From Tubulanus polymorphus (taxonomy: Eukaryota; Animalia; Nemertea): DNA of 64,000 bases. The position numbers and the translations under genes are program-made. The notes beneath the pieces are model-generated. The model had not been told where the DNA came from, searched no databases, and saw only the letters and a list, made by a program, of their open reading frames with translations. The stretch lies in the NCBI RefSeq assembly GCF_964204645.1, contig NC_134031.1, positions 18,235,910-18,299,909 on the forward strand, in the 5' to 3' direction. Shown here piece by piece: positions 27,901 through 42,900 of the stretch (its first letter is position 1; every line of letters begins with the position of its first letter).

Positions 27901-30900
27901 TATAAATGTGACGGGAGAGCGGATTGCGCCGATGGATCTGATGAAAGTGGATGTCGTAAGTTTGAATCTATAGAAATCGAGGAGCTGTAAGCGGAAATAT
28001 ATCCGTAAGAGCATGAAAATGCGTTGAAATTTCAAAATTTTACCTCACTCCTTTGGCTGCGTGGATACTTGACTTCAGTATATATGCCCTTTTCATGTCT
28101 TACTGCTCCTGTCAAAGTCAGCCCCTGCAAACTGTGGAACTGATCCCGGATTCATGATATTCTAAATTTCCAGCTCGTGGATGCCGTGATAACGAACATA
28201 CTTGCGGTGATGGAACATGTATTGATAAGAGTTTGAGGTGTGATAACTATTTTCATTGCATTGATAGATCAGATGAAACTGGCTGTCGTAAGTGCTCATT
28301 CTGAAATTAAACTCTTAAATTGATTACATTTCTACATTAATTCATGGCCCAGTTTTACAAACAGCGATATAAGTTTCATTGAATTAAGAAATTTAAAATT
28401 GATTTAATGGTTAAACCTTTCTGCGAAATTGAAATTAATGAAACTTTTCTGGAAAGTTTAGTTGTTGTGCAGAAATTAAGATGAAACATTTGAATGCAAC
28501 AGGAACGTTAATGAATTAAAGCTGAATGAGTTTGTGAGTGAACTGAATGTATATTTTGGTTGTATATTTCAGCTAATAAATGTCGAACTGACATTGGTCA
28601 ACACATGTGCGGAGATGGGACGTGTTTAGACAGTAGCAAGAGATGTAATAATCGTTATGATTGCGCTGATCGTTCAGATGAAGCAAACTGCGGTATGTAT
28701 CTCTACCCCTTAAACTACCACACTCGCATCATAGACATCACTGAATTGTTTGCTCCCTGGTCCTTACACACCTCCCTTTCAAGAAATATACGACTGAAAG
28801 TTTTTCCTGCAGCGTATGAATTGTAACCCATTTTAGCTTAGATCCCTAATGCACTGTTGATTTTGAAGTTTCCCTTCCATTTAACAAATTGTCAAACATG
28901 CTTGAATTCCAAGTTTCATGAATCAATTAATCAAACAGTGAAGAGATGCAAAGTTCATTTGTCTGGTTAAACAAGCAAGGCCCAGTTCCATAGTTCTCTG
29001 TAAGGCTTGATTCTGGAGTATAAGTAGAACATAGGCATGAATTAAGTTTCGAAAATTTACATAGATCAGACTTGAACTGGACAAGAACTGGTTGAAGCTT
29101 GCATGGAGCTGGCCACAATGAGGAGAAACCAATCTAATTGCTATTTGTTAATATCATGTTTTCAATGGGATTCAAATATTCAAACTTAAATTTCTCTGCA
29201 AAATTCAGATGAGAATTAAGAATTAAGCATGTTTGACACAACACAATACTAACAGTGACCAATTTGTTTTGAAACGTGCACAGTTTCCGACCCGTGTCGA
29301 GATGATGAATGGCGTTGTGAGAACGGACCCTGTATAAATAAACGGTCTAGATGTAATGGTAGAATCGATTGTCCTCATGATACGTCTGATGAACTGGATT
29401 GTCGTAAGTGTATAATGCCCACACGCTACTGCTTTCACTGTGCTCTTAAGACCCAGTTCTACAGTGAAATATTATACAATTCAAACAGCTAGATATTTGT
29501 AAATGAACTGCTTTCCAGTTTATAGAGTTCTAAACCCATAACTGTACAACTGGGAACATTTCCAAGCTTATATGAGCCTATCTTAAAGAAGCAGAGCCAC
29601 TTAAGTGCAGTTTTTGATTGATACTCTTCTATGCTCAAGCGCAAGCTAATTATAACCATGATTTGTTTATGTTTTATCATATATATATATATATCATTTT
29701 CATTAAAAGAATTCTTTTTCAAATCAAACTCTACATATTTCAATATTCAGTTAATAGGCATCAAGCAATATTAAGGTTCTTTTCTCTGTTACATTTAAAC
29801 TACGTCACTAGTTCGAAGTTCTAAGGCATCCAAAGAACAGTAAATTCTATGGAGAAATTAAGAATGATCTATGCAGGTTATAGGTGACAGGCTGTAGCGT
29901 TTTTATTTTCATGCTCTAGCATTTTCGCGATGTTTTGTAAATGAGTTTCGATGTCGTAGCGGACAATGTATCGATTACAGAGAGAGATGTAACCGTAGAT
30001 ACGACTGCCCTGATCGTAGCGATGAATTGAACTGTCGTATGTACAAAAACTATAAACATATATGTACACCTTGTATGTGTATTGCATATTGTAAAATGTA
30101 CATCTAAATTACTTCATGCCTTTATGTACATTTTGTGTCTGTATTTCTTTGAGTTAACTGTACGTAGAAACCTGTATTAATTGATGTACATCTTGTGTGT
30201 GTATTTCATACGGTTAACTATATCTAGAATACCGCATACCTTTATGTACAATTTTTGTCTGTGTTTCATACATTTAACAGTACATAGAACCTTGTATTAA
30301 TCGATGTACATTCTTCCTATGTGTGTTTTTCATATAATTAACCATACAGAATACATACAGATTTAAAGAACTGTGTTCTTCTTATTCTAACTTTTACCTG
30401 ACTCTTGATTGTAAGAATAACCTGGATGTAGCTTTTCAGTTTTAAGTGTTCTAAGCTTGCCTCTCTTTTGTAGCTGACCTCTCCTGATGGAATGTTCAGT
30501 TCTCACGTATATAAGCTTGCCTCTATTTTGTAGGATGTTCAGTTCTCGCGTATATAAGCTTGCCTTACTTTGTAGCTTGCTTCCTTGTTGATGATTTTCA
30601 TGTTTTCAGATAATGAAATCTTGAAATTAAAAGATTTTGATACGTGCGAAAAACCTTACAAAAATGGATAGAGCCTCAAGATAGAACCAGAATGAATAAG
30701 AATGATCTATATTTGTGTGTTCTCTCTGTAGCGATTCCGACATGCTCCCCGCGTGAATTCAGATGTTCGAACGGTATTTGTATCGATGACAGACGGAGAT
30801 GTGACCAAAGATACGATTGCACAGACGCATCTGACGAAAGAAACTGCTGTAAGTATGAAATCATAGTCACTGATTCCGATAGTCCGGGGGCCAGTCGGTC

Positions 30901-33900
30901 AAAATATGGTTAGATAAAACGGGCAGATAAATACCATAATAACTTTTTATCAACTATCCACTGGTTATCTTAAACAAACCAGAATTTGAGCAACTGGTCC
31001 CTGAGAGTGTGCCAGCATTCTGCTTCTAATAGAATAGCCCACAGACACTCTGATGTGGAGAATAGATAATATGATATATTATATACAAATTTAAAAGATG
31101 GATAACAAAGTTTTATTTATCAAGAATTAGAATCAGAAGTTTAAGACACAACATTTCAAACTAGGGACCATCATCGAGGTGTTGATACAATTTTGCATTT
31201 TTTCATGTGATATGTTTGTGTTTTAGCGTCTGCCATCACGTTGAGAATTAACCCGGAGGCTCAGCGAGTGCGCGCCGGAAACGAGGCAATATTTGAATGC
31301 ACGGCGACCGGTAACCCACCTCCGATTGTTCGCTGGAGTCGCGGGAATATCGGGTTGCCGAGCAGCGCGTCGGAAGTGCGAGGTCGATTGAGAATATCGA
31401 ATCCGACATCAGCAGACGCGGGCGAGTACACGTGTACCGCAATTGGTGTACCGGGAAATTATCAGTTAACCGCCAGACTTGTTGTTGATCCAGGTAATTA
31501 TTCAACTCATTTTACAAGAATTATTTCATCTCTTGTTCTTTATTTTTACTCTTTGGAACATGAGATCAGAAATAATACTTGTCATATCGTCTTTATAGAA
31601 TATAAGGAATGATTTTATGATACGAATTTTCAATTTTGTAGTCGGGCCGACACAGAAACCACCTGAACCCGGTGATTGTGACCCGGCCCACGAAGCTCGA
31701 TGTACCAACCGTCAATGTATCGCTAAAGATTATGTTTGCGATGGAGATTATGACTGCGCCGATAGATCCGACGAAGCTAACTGCGGTAAGTGAGCATCTC
31801 AACCTATAGATATAGATCTATTTCGCTATGTTACGTATGGCATGCTATCTATTCTGGTAGGATACCATAGCGGGTCTCAACTTGTAATTTATGAAAATTT
31901 TCTTCAGTGAGAAATAAAGTCTGCTACCCGAATGAATTCATGTGCACGAACGGTAAATGTGTGCAGAAGATTTGGTGGTGCGACGGCGATGATGACTGCG
32001 GCGATAAATCTGATGAGAAAAGTTGTCGTAAGTATCGTTGAATTGATTACCAGTAACAGCCGTAGAATTTGAATTATGATGGAATCTGAAATAATCATCA
32101 CATCTGCAAGTTAATAGATAAACTTAAAAGGTTACTTATTTTTAGTTAAGCTCTGAAATAATTGAGGTGGCACAACTTCTCGAGACTCCATATTCAAGAT
32201 TGTATATGCTTAAAAAACCTGGGAATCTAATGTAAAGATTTGATGGTTGATGTGATTATTTTTTGTTGTAGCTACCGTTAGTCCGGACCGACCGTGCCGT
32301 TACGACGAGTACCAGTGCGTATCTGGTCCATTACAGTGTATACCTTCCAGTTATCAGTGTGACGGAGAAATTGACTGTCAGGATAGATCTGATGAAATAG
32401 GATGCGGTATGTTACTGACGTAGTTGATATATGTACAGCGGGTTTTGCTCCAGTCAGATCCGATCAACTCGTTTGTAGAGATATTTTTATGACACTATGA
32501 ATTATAAACTATCCAACGTAGGTAATAGAATTGTGTCAGGCATGGATCCAGATAACCGCTGTTACCGCTCATTGTGATACTCGTCTGTTTTTCAAGAACA
32601 ATTCTTTTTTCGAGACATCAAACGCCAGAGCCGATCTTATTTTCAAAATGCATGTAACTTGAATGAACAACGTATTTTTGTTGGATGAGTGAAAAATTAC
32701 ATTCAGTGTTTACACAAACTCGGAATGCATTGGAGATAAACCCCCCACACCCCTTACAGTCCTGTCATCCCCATAATATCTTAAGCGGTATTCAGGATTA
32801 GAGTCTTGATCCTGCACTGTGTGTATGAAATGTTTTTTATTGCAGCCCCTCCGATCGTGACTGTTCCACCAGTGCCTACTATTGAGGTAACCCTCGGCGA
32901 CACCGTTACGATATACTGCGAGGCAACCGGAGTTCCTACTCCGCTGATAATCTGGCGTCTAAACTGGGGTCACATACCGGATCCACCGCGGGTGACTCAG
33001 ACTAGCGAGGGAGGACGAGGAGTGCTCACTATCACTAACGCTATGGAGAATGATCAGGGCGCGTACACATGTGAGGCTATGAACAGTAAAGGGTTAATAT
33101 TTGCCACACCTGATGCGATCGTCACTGTAAATCGTAAGTTAAAACAAATAATTATGGCTATTCTTATTTGGGAACTTGATCTTAAGTGGGTCTTAACCCC
33201 TTCAGTGCTGACTAACCAATTCCTGAGAGTGCTCGAGATAGTTTGAAAATAAAAAAAAATTCCACCCCAGGGTGTTGAATAATGGGCATACCGCTTTAGT
33301 GCATCTACACTGCGATGCGGTGTATCGTTAGTTACTACTATTTCACTGCAGTGTATAAATGAATTCAGTTCATTATGAGATTTAATTTGAGATTGATGGT
33401 TCCATTGTTTTTTATTCGAAGCTCCTACTGGTGTTTGCGTTCCTCCGAACTACAATTCAAAAGCGAAATCAGCGCGAGATTGTTTGAGATGTTTCTGTTT
33501 CGGGCACACGACGAACTGTTTCAGTAGCAAATTGTTTAGATCACAGGTAAAAATAACCCAGACCTTAAGTTGATTTGGATCCAGTTAGTATTTGATTCTT
33601 CAGTTAAATCATCGGAAATGAACTTGAGGAGATTTCAATCTAAACTGCATTCAGCAATGTTCTCTTATCAGAACTGTGGAACCAGGTTTTGGGGTATTAT
33701 CATTGAAGGACTTTTGAAATTTAACCCTGGAACTGTGGAACATAGGTTTCGAATGATAGAAAATAAGGATTTCTTTAAACCTAACAATAAAATCTGAACC
33801 TCATATGAATGTGTATTATGAATATTGTGTGTTATTGATAAACCTTTTATATTTAAATTTTGAATTTCAAATAAACAGTTTAGATCGTTTAATTACAGTT

Positions 33901-36900
33901 GGTAGTTGGAAGTACGTTAGCCGTTGTTAGTAAATCCGACCAGAGTGATCTGTTTACAGGACGACCGGTCGTAGATTATTCTCCCTCTACTCGAGCATTC
34001 ACTATCCGCGATTACGATCGTAAGATTCCCCGCGGTAACTACTACTGGAGTTTACCTAAACACTTCCTCGGCAACAAGGTGAATATTCAACTCAATACGC
34101 AGGAGTCGATCCAGGGGAGGTTTTTATCAGATTTCCGTGAGAGCCTCAAGGTGTCCTTTTTACTCGAAGGCACTTACTCTAAAAAAAAAGGGCATTTTAG
34201 TGAAACAATTTTAAGAAGTCTATTTTCCTTCAAAGTTAGAGTTTCGTCAAATAATCTAGAAAGCAGTACTTTTCTGATCAAAAACATTACACAACTGGAA
34301 CGATGCCCTCTGTTTCTAAATAATATGCCCTACATGTACATATGTTTTAAGAACCAAGAATTTGATTAACAAGATACATTAGACAGTTCATTCCAACAGA
34401 TTCATATAGGTCCTGACCTTACCGTGCTTTACTGCATTGTCTTATTATATATTGGTACAGTAGAAATTATTCTTAGGGGTTGGGTAAGACAGTACATTTC
34501 AACATTAGGGGTTGGGTAATACTTCTAACCCATTGTGATTTTGTAATATGTTATAGTTGGGCAGCTACGGCGGAAAACTCTACTTCAGAATCTACTACAA
34601 CGCGAACAATGACAACGGACGACCTACGAATGAAGCAGACGTCATTATCAGTGTATGTATCGGTGGCGACATCATTTTTAATTTTTCAGCGAGAGGAAGA
34701 TTAAAAAGGCTTTAATTTCTGATGTTGTTTTCAGGGTAATGGTAAAACGCTTTATTACAGTCTAGAAAAACAACCACAGAAGAATTCTACGGAATCTATT
34801 ATGGTTCCTCTCACAGAAGTAAGCAACAAATTCGTTGAATATTCTTGCGCGGAATGTGCATGATGAATGATGAATGATTGTTGTTTGAAACAGGATGCGT
34901 GGTCTCCGTTCGACCCACCGAGAAGAACTGCACCGACGACCAGGAATGATTTGATGATGGTTTTACAGAATCTCACTTACATTTTAGTAAAATCTCAATA
35001 CGACGATTTCCAATCGGAAGTCAGGTATCGTGCTCTATTCAGTTATTGGGAATGAACCTCCCAATTTGCAATGAATATTATGATTAAATATGTAGAAATG
35101 GTTGTAGTCATTGAGAATATGAGTTTGTAAAAATATCTAAGGCAGAATGCTTTGTTTTGTAATTAGAATCAGTAATATATTGATGGATATAACTGTTGAG
35201 GAGGATCAGGGAAGAGGAACTGCTCATCTCGTTGAAGATTGTTCCTGTCCTATCGGTTATACTGGCCGATCGTGTGAGGTAATCACTTATTTCCACCCAT
35301 CTGAAGTTCTTACAGGGTGGCACCGCTTACCTGAAAAACTGAAGAGAATCAGAAAATTCTAGAAATAGGGAAAAACTCAGGGAATTTGACAAATTTGACA
35401 ACAACAAAAAAATTCGGATAATGTTATTGATGGCGTGTTTATTTATCAATACGTGATTCAATGAAAAATTAATGAATATAACATTTTAAACCCAGAAATT
35501 CCTCTGATTCACTGAGGGAATTTGTAAATCGGCGGAAAGAGACCACTCTGTACGAATTTAAATTTTAATTAGGTCATCACTAAGCGTAATATAAGTATTT
35601 TAATTATGGTATATAGATATGTTCGAGTGGATATTACCGAGTAAAAACAGGTCCTTATCTAGGAACCTGTCAGCCGTGCGAATGCAACCAACATTCAAAC
35701 GAATGCCATCCAGAAACAGGAGTCTGTATTGTAAGTCTTGCTTATTAATCAGTTGCCCAACAATTGACGATATTGGAAGTTTATTTCAAGATTAGACAAT
35801 CTGGATATGGTCATATAAACAAACTTATAGTATCATCCGTTGTGGGGTTGTCATTCATCTTCTGTGCTAAGAGAATACATCAGTTTTTCCATCAGTTTCC
35901 TTAGATATATCGTTAATCTAATTTCATTAGTATATCTAGTTTGAAAAAAATGTATTTCTAGGGCTGTCTTCATAATACACGGGGTGTTAATTGTGAATTG
36001 TGTGAAGTTGGATTCTACCCGAGACAGGAACCGAATGGAATCGCGTGTCTAGCGTGTACATGCCCTAGCGCTGACTCGAGAAACCAGTATGTATCACAAC
36101 AAAAATCCTTCATCCATTTCGAAGTGAAGTTTGACTCGAATGATAATTAAGTGAAATTTTTCTGTAGGTTTTCGAAGGACTGTTATTTAGGACCGAACGA
36201 TCGGGTGGTTTGTCGAAATTGTCCGGAAGGTTACGTCGGAGATCGGTGCGAGCGATGCGCTCCGGGTTACCGCGGCGACCCGAATACTCCGGGCGACACG
36301 TGTAAACGCGATCAGCTCTGCGACCATCGTGGTAGTCTCAGTGAAACTCCTGACGCTACCGGCTGGTGTCCCTGTAAGGTAGGAGTTTTAAGTCTTGAGT
36401 TTCGTCAGCAGTTTGAGGGTGAAACTTGTTGCGGAACCTAATGAGTGGTGGTGCTCAGTGAGTTGAGGGAACCTAATGATACCCTGAGTGGAGTTCAGTG
36501 AATTGAGGGGTAACTCGCTAATGATACCCTGAGTGGAGTTCAGTGAGTTGAGGGGAATCTAATGATACCCTGAGTGGAGTTCAGTGAGTTGAGGGGAACC
36601 TAATGATACCCTGAGTGCAGTTCAATGAGTTGAGGGGAACCTGCTAATCGCGTCTCCAGTCAAGCTAAAAGAAATCTGAAATTGTTTCTTCTTTTTTAAG
36701 CGTAACGTGCGTGGAACGAAGTGCGATCAATGCGCACATAAAACGTTCTATTTATCGACTGAGAACGCTGAAGGTTGTTTGAATTGTTTCTGTGCCGATA
36801 TCGGCGACGTATGCGGTAGTTCCGGATGGTTTCGCGATCGAGTCTCGACTCAATTCGGAGACCGTGAACTGAAAGGATTTGGAATCACGAACTATAACGG

Positions 36901-39900
36901 CGATCTGAGAGTATCGCGTGGTTTGTATATAAACCCGACCCGACGCGCGTTGAGCTATCGTCCGGTCGACCGTGTTACCTATTACTGGAAACTACCGGAT
37001 ACTTATCTCAATGATAAGGTAAGTGCAATGATGCCTTCAAATGACCAATATCGGCCTCAAGCTTGAATTCTTATTTCTCAATATTTCGCTTTGAGTTCTC
37101 TGGGATAGAAGTTCAGTGTACTTTAAAGTGTGAATGTCGAGATGTTAAGGGACCGGTATATATCCTGGGTACCGTTATGTTGACTGTGGTAACTTTGTGT
37201 TGATGTTTTAGTTGACAGCGTTCGGTGGAACTCTGAAGTATTCGGTGTTTTACACGAGTGGAACCGATCGTCTGGAGAATCGAGACCCCGATGTCGTCCT
37301 CATTGGAGAAAACGGCAAAAAACTCATACATCGAACTAAAACCGTCCCTAAACGTAACGAACCTTCAGTCGTTGAGGCGAAATTAACTCAAGTAAGTTCA
37401 TTGATTTCAATAGAAATACAAAAATGCAGAATTTCCAAGGTTGTATAAAAACTTAAAAAAGTTTCTACTGTACTTAAAGCTTGGAAATTATGACCGTGTT
37501 ATACTATTTTGTCTAAATCCACGATCATATGCTTGTTACTGAGAAGGTTACTGAGGAGACTTTAAATGTTACTGATAAATGATGAAATTATTCTGATTTA
37601 GTGAAAGGTTAGGTCGATGGGTCAACCCAAAATATCTTTGATAGACTTTAAACCATGTCTCCGGGGTCAGATCTTGTGTTGAGCTGGATCAAGTTCATAT
37701 TTGATATGAAACTGGATCATTTATAGTTCAGACGTATGCGTTTGATGTTTTGAATCAAGAATTGATTGAACAAACTGAATGTAATACATTTCAGGATGAA
37801 TGGAAGAATGAAGATGGTTCGAGTATCAGCAGAAACGATTTGCTGACGGTTCTGATGAAATTGAAAGCTGTTCATATAAAGGCGTCTTACACACGAGATA
37901 CCAGAGAATCCAGGTTTGATTAGATCACTAATATCGCTCTAACAGACAAACTGGCTGCTTAAGTTGTCATATTTATGACGATCATTTTATTGACGACTTA
38001 TCCAGATGACGACTTACAAATTGAATTGGAAATACAAATTGAGGCGACTTCAATAATGTGATGACATATCCTAATGACAACTTACCTATGTGATTTTGAC
38101 TACGTGACTAGATATATATTTTTTTCGTTGTAGTTTAACCGAAATAAGTTTTGTGTTTCCAGTTTGTCGAATGTATCAATGAGTATAGCTAGAGAGAGGA
38201 ATACAGGTGGGGATAGAGCCTACAGCGTTGAACAGTGTCAGTGTCCTAAAGGTTATACCGGATTATCCTGTCAGGTAAAAATAAAGAACCTCACCGGTGA
38301 ATTACCTCCTGAAGATTTAAACCCATGGAGGTGATTTACCTCCTGAATTAAGCGTAGAGGCTATTTACTTTCCTAGGGCAAGACTTCATCTTTAATTCTT
38401 GGCTCCTTTTTAGTTGAACTCCCGTCATAATATTTTCTGGATGCATCACTGGGGTTTTTCAAGGTGGCCATACACCTGGAAATGAATGAAAAATTGGGGA
38501 ATTTTGTGAAAAAGCTAGAAATCAGGGCAAATTGGAAATTTGTTGAGATTGCTACATCGCACGTAAAATCAAAGTTTCCATCAATGTCTTATGTATTTGA
38601 CTGTGTTGAATTGATTGGATTCTTAGCAGATCAAGTCAGGGAAAACGACATGCATGTCAGGGAATAGTCGGGGGAAAAGTGAGTCAAATAAAAGTGGCCA
38701 CCATGAATATATTTTTCATTATTTCAGACGTGTGAGATTGGTTACTATCGCGTTGCGACCCGTATTAAGCTCGGTGAGTGCGCGCCGTGTAATTGTCACG
38801 GTCATTCGAGCGAATGTGACCCTGACACCGGAGTCTGTCGTCATTGTTCTCACAACACCGAGGGACCGAAATGTGATCGGTGTCGAGATGGTTACTACGG
38901 CGACGCTACGCGAGGATCATCGTCCGATTGTTTGAAGTGTCCGTGCCCGCTGACCTTCACCTCAAACCAGTAAGATATACGTTCATTTTCTTGTGCTTTT
39001 CGAGCCAAAATTTTTTCCTGGATTCGCAATTTTTTGAATTTTTGAAAATTGAAGGTTCGGAAAAACGTGTCAACTGGCAGCAGACGGAGACGTCACGTGT
39101 AACTGTCCTCCTGGATATGAAGGACGCAGATGTCAAAGGTAAAACGAGTCGCTGAAATGCACTATAACACATGGAATATATCGTAAGAGTTGTATTGAGA
39201 TCACAATGTTTCGGTTGTCTCCAAAAGCGACTGGTAGCATCGTGGTCTCAAAGAACTCTTTAATTTTCAGTCTCCGTTTGTAGGATTATCCAGTTCTACT
39301 TTCATCTCATGGAAAACTGATGAATCTTTATCTGTAACTTGGTTTTTGATGGAATGATTTAATCTTGTTTGATTCGTGTCTTATCCGTTGTTGTTTATCT
39401 CGTTGTGGATTCTAGATGCGCCCCTGGTTTCGAAGGCAACCCCGAAATTCCCGGTCAATCTTGTACGATTCGTGAAAGTGAGGGTTCATGTGACTGCGAC
39501 CCGCGAGGAACGCGACCTGATCGTCTGTGCGATGCCAGGACGGGAATTTGTCCGTGTAAAGTGAGTCAGTTATTGAATATCTATAAGATCTGAAACACAG
39601 TTGATTCGTCAGTGATTTTTGTTTTGAGTTAGTTGAGAATTCAAGTTAGATTAAAGTCGAGATAGAATTTCTGCAATTTCTGAATTTTGCAATCGAGTTA
39701 TATGATGATTTGACTTGAAAGCAAGCGATTTCGTAGGAGTCTAATGTGTCTCAAACGTATGATTATTTTCAGGATAATGTGATGGGAAGAAGGTGTGATC
39801 GATGTAAACCTGGTTATTTCTCACTGAGGAAAGAGGATCCGTCTGGTTGTATGGAATGTTACTGTTCGGGAGAATCGGCCGTCTGTCGAGAATCAAATTA

Positions 39901-42900
39901 TAACAGAACAACTGTAAGTTCTAACTATCGTCGTCATCTCTGGATCCAGTTCCACAGTTGTGAGTAAGAGTTAACTCTGAACTCCGGATGAAGTTCCAAA
40001 GTTATGGGTTAGAGTTAACTCTGAACTCAGGTTCCACAGTTATGAGTACTAATCAACCAACTGTAAGATTTGAAATGAGAACATGAACAATTTTCAATTC
40101 AGTTAACTTAGGAGGCGAGTTAGAAAATTAGATGATAGAATTAGAAAATTAATTCTTTTTCATTTGAGTCAAAACTTACTGATGTTCCTTAAATCCATCT
40201 CATGATTCTGATAAAAGTGTTTTTGAACTTGTTTTTTGACGTGCGGATTTTAAGTGATTTCTGTTGAACATTGCCTTGATTGCCGCTGCTGATGTTATTT
40301 CAGGTGAGGCCTTCGTTTAGGCGAGATGGAACTCATGATTTCGGTCTAGTAACAAGGAACGATTTAGACCGACCGATCACAGTTGGATTTGTAATCAGCG
40401 TTCCGAGAAATGAGATCACATTCTCGCAGTTCAACGATCGTCAGAATGAAGGGAAGCGTCTGTTCTGGACGTTACCTGGACAGTTTAAGGGTAACAAGGT
40501 AAGCTCTTAACAATTACTGCTTAGCATCAAGTCACAGACAAGTTCATGTTGATTCTGTGGACTTTGTGGGACTCAACCTCGGTCTTGAAATGGTTATTAT
40601 TCTGTCGATGTTTCAGATTACTTCATACGGCGGTTACCTGAGGTTCACATTACACAGTATAGTATCTGTTACTAGTGGTTTTGAATATGTCGATGTTGAT
40701 GTAGAATTGATCGTAAGTTCATCCTATCATTCGGTCATATACGATACGTTCCTCCTGAGTGGGTACAGAAAAAGGTGTAACTCTTAAACCGATTTAATTT
40801 CTTCATCGAGTCAGTCAATCTTAAATCGATTTCATAGTCAAAGCTTTTTGTGAAATTGTTCCCTCACGTTACTGGCAGTCACAGAGAGTCACATTACTGG
40901 CAGTCACAGTGGGTCACATCACTGGCAGTGATGAGGCCGACTGAAATTATTGATGATCCATCTTATTTTCAGGGTGAGAAAACTCGTCTGTTTCATACGT
41001 TCGACCCGCCGCAAAAACCGTTTGAAAATCGTAAAATTGAACTGTTATTGACGGAAGATGAATTCCGCAAACCAGATGGCACTAAACCGGACCGCGCGAC
41101 CTTCATGCAGGTTCTATCTAATATTCAGCACGTTTTAATCCGCGCATCGATGCATTCTCAGATGTTGTCGTCGTCTTTAAGCGATATCGCCATGGATACA
41201 GCCGCGTCTGGTCGCACAGGGCAAGAAATAGCGAAACTGGTCGAGTATTGCATGTGTCCGAGCAGTTTCACTGGTTCCTCGTGTGAGGTAAACTTCATTC
41301 CACGTCTAAATTCATACTAACTTAATTCATCAAAATAATGATTGATTTTCTGAAGACAATACTTTGGAACTTGTTTTCAATGATAGATATTAAGCCTAGA
41401 AGTGATTTTATTTTCAAATGGTTTGAAGTGCTAAATTGTGCAAAACGGTTGTTTTGAATAGAGTTGTTTAATTTCAGCGTTGCGATACCGGTTTCACAAG
41501 GAAAGTTGATCGTAGTAAATCTAGTGGCTACACGTGTGTACCATGTCAGTGTAACGGTCATTCAAAACTATGCGACCCGATTACTGGACAATGCCGGGTA
41601 AGTATTCTGAACTGATTTGGGCCGGTTGAAAATGGACTGGTCTCATTTTCAGTTGGGCTCATTTTCAGTTGAGAGCAGATTGACTCGGGATTGTAGTGAT
41701 TATTACCCTGTTCTAGTGTCTCTGATAATTTAGTATTATTTTCTAGGAATGTCAACATAACACTGGCGGAGATCGCTGTCAGATATGCGTGCGCGGTTAC
41801 TACGGCGACGCTACGAGGGGAACACCCTATGATTGTCGTCAATGCCCGTGTCCACTAACGATATCGTCCAATCAGTAAGCATCGTCCCGAACGAATTCAA
41901 ACTTCCGAAAAATTCTGATTGATTTAGAGAGAGATATGTTTGTGAACGTTTTCCAGATTCTCTAAGGAATGTCGTTTAGAGCCTGATGGTAGAGCTACGT
42001 GTACTCAATGTCCCCCGGCGTACGAGGGACGAATGTGTGAAAGGTAGAACTCATGAATTGAAAATGATGAAGTTTGAAATGATGCCCCTATTCAAAACAA
42101 GAAGTAACCAACAGCAATTGAAGCAAACATTTGATAGTTCTTGGATGTCAGTTGTCTGTCTAAGGGCGACTTTCTTCGACAATCTTTTTTTTTCACAGCT
42201 TATTAAAGACTACATCGCAGTTTTGTCCACAAAGAACTGTTTGTCTATTGTTGAATTGACTTTGTTTCAGATGCGCCCCCAACTATGTCGGTAATCCTAC
42301 AATACCGGGAGAAACCTGTAAACCAGAAGGAGAGGGTAAGTGTCTGAATACTAAAACCGTTTCATACTTATATCGATTGAGTCAAATGTCTATCAGGTGG
42401 TAGCTGACCTGGAAAACCTGGGGAATCAGAAAAATATAGAAAAAATCAGGGAATTTTACAAATTTTGCTAGAAAAGAAACTTGAAGAATTAAGGAATTCA
42501 GATAATTCTATTGACTGCATAAGAAATGAATAATTTGTAACACTTTAAACCTTGAAATTCCTTGGATTTACTCAGAGAATTTGTAGATGAGCGGAAAGTG
42601 GCCACCTTGATAACGTTTCATATTGTGGGATCTTGGATCCCGTTTCACACACATCAGTTTAATTAACTGCAACTGAATCATAAATTTTTTCTCTTTTCAT
42701 TCATAGATCTGCGTAAAATTCCCGATGTATTCGTCAATCCGCCCAGACACACCGAGAATGTCGGCGCGACCGTCACCTATACGTGCACCGTTACCGGTCC
42801 CGGTCCGTTCAGGGTCACGTGGAGCCGTACGAATGGATTACCGTTACCACGACGAGCGAGTGTATCGGCCAATCATACGCTGACGATTCGTAATCTGATG

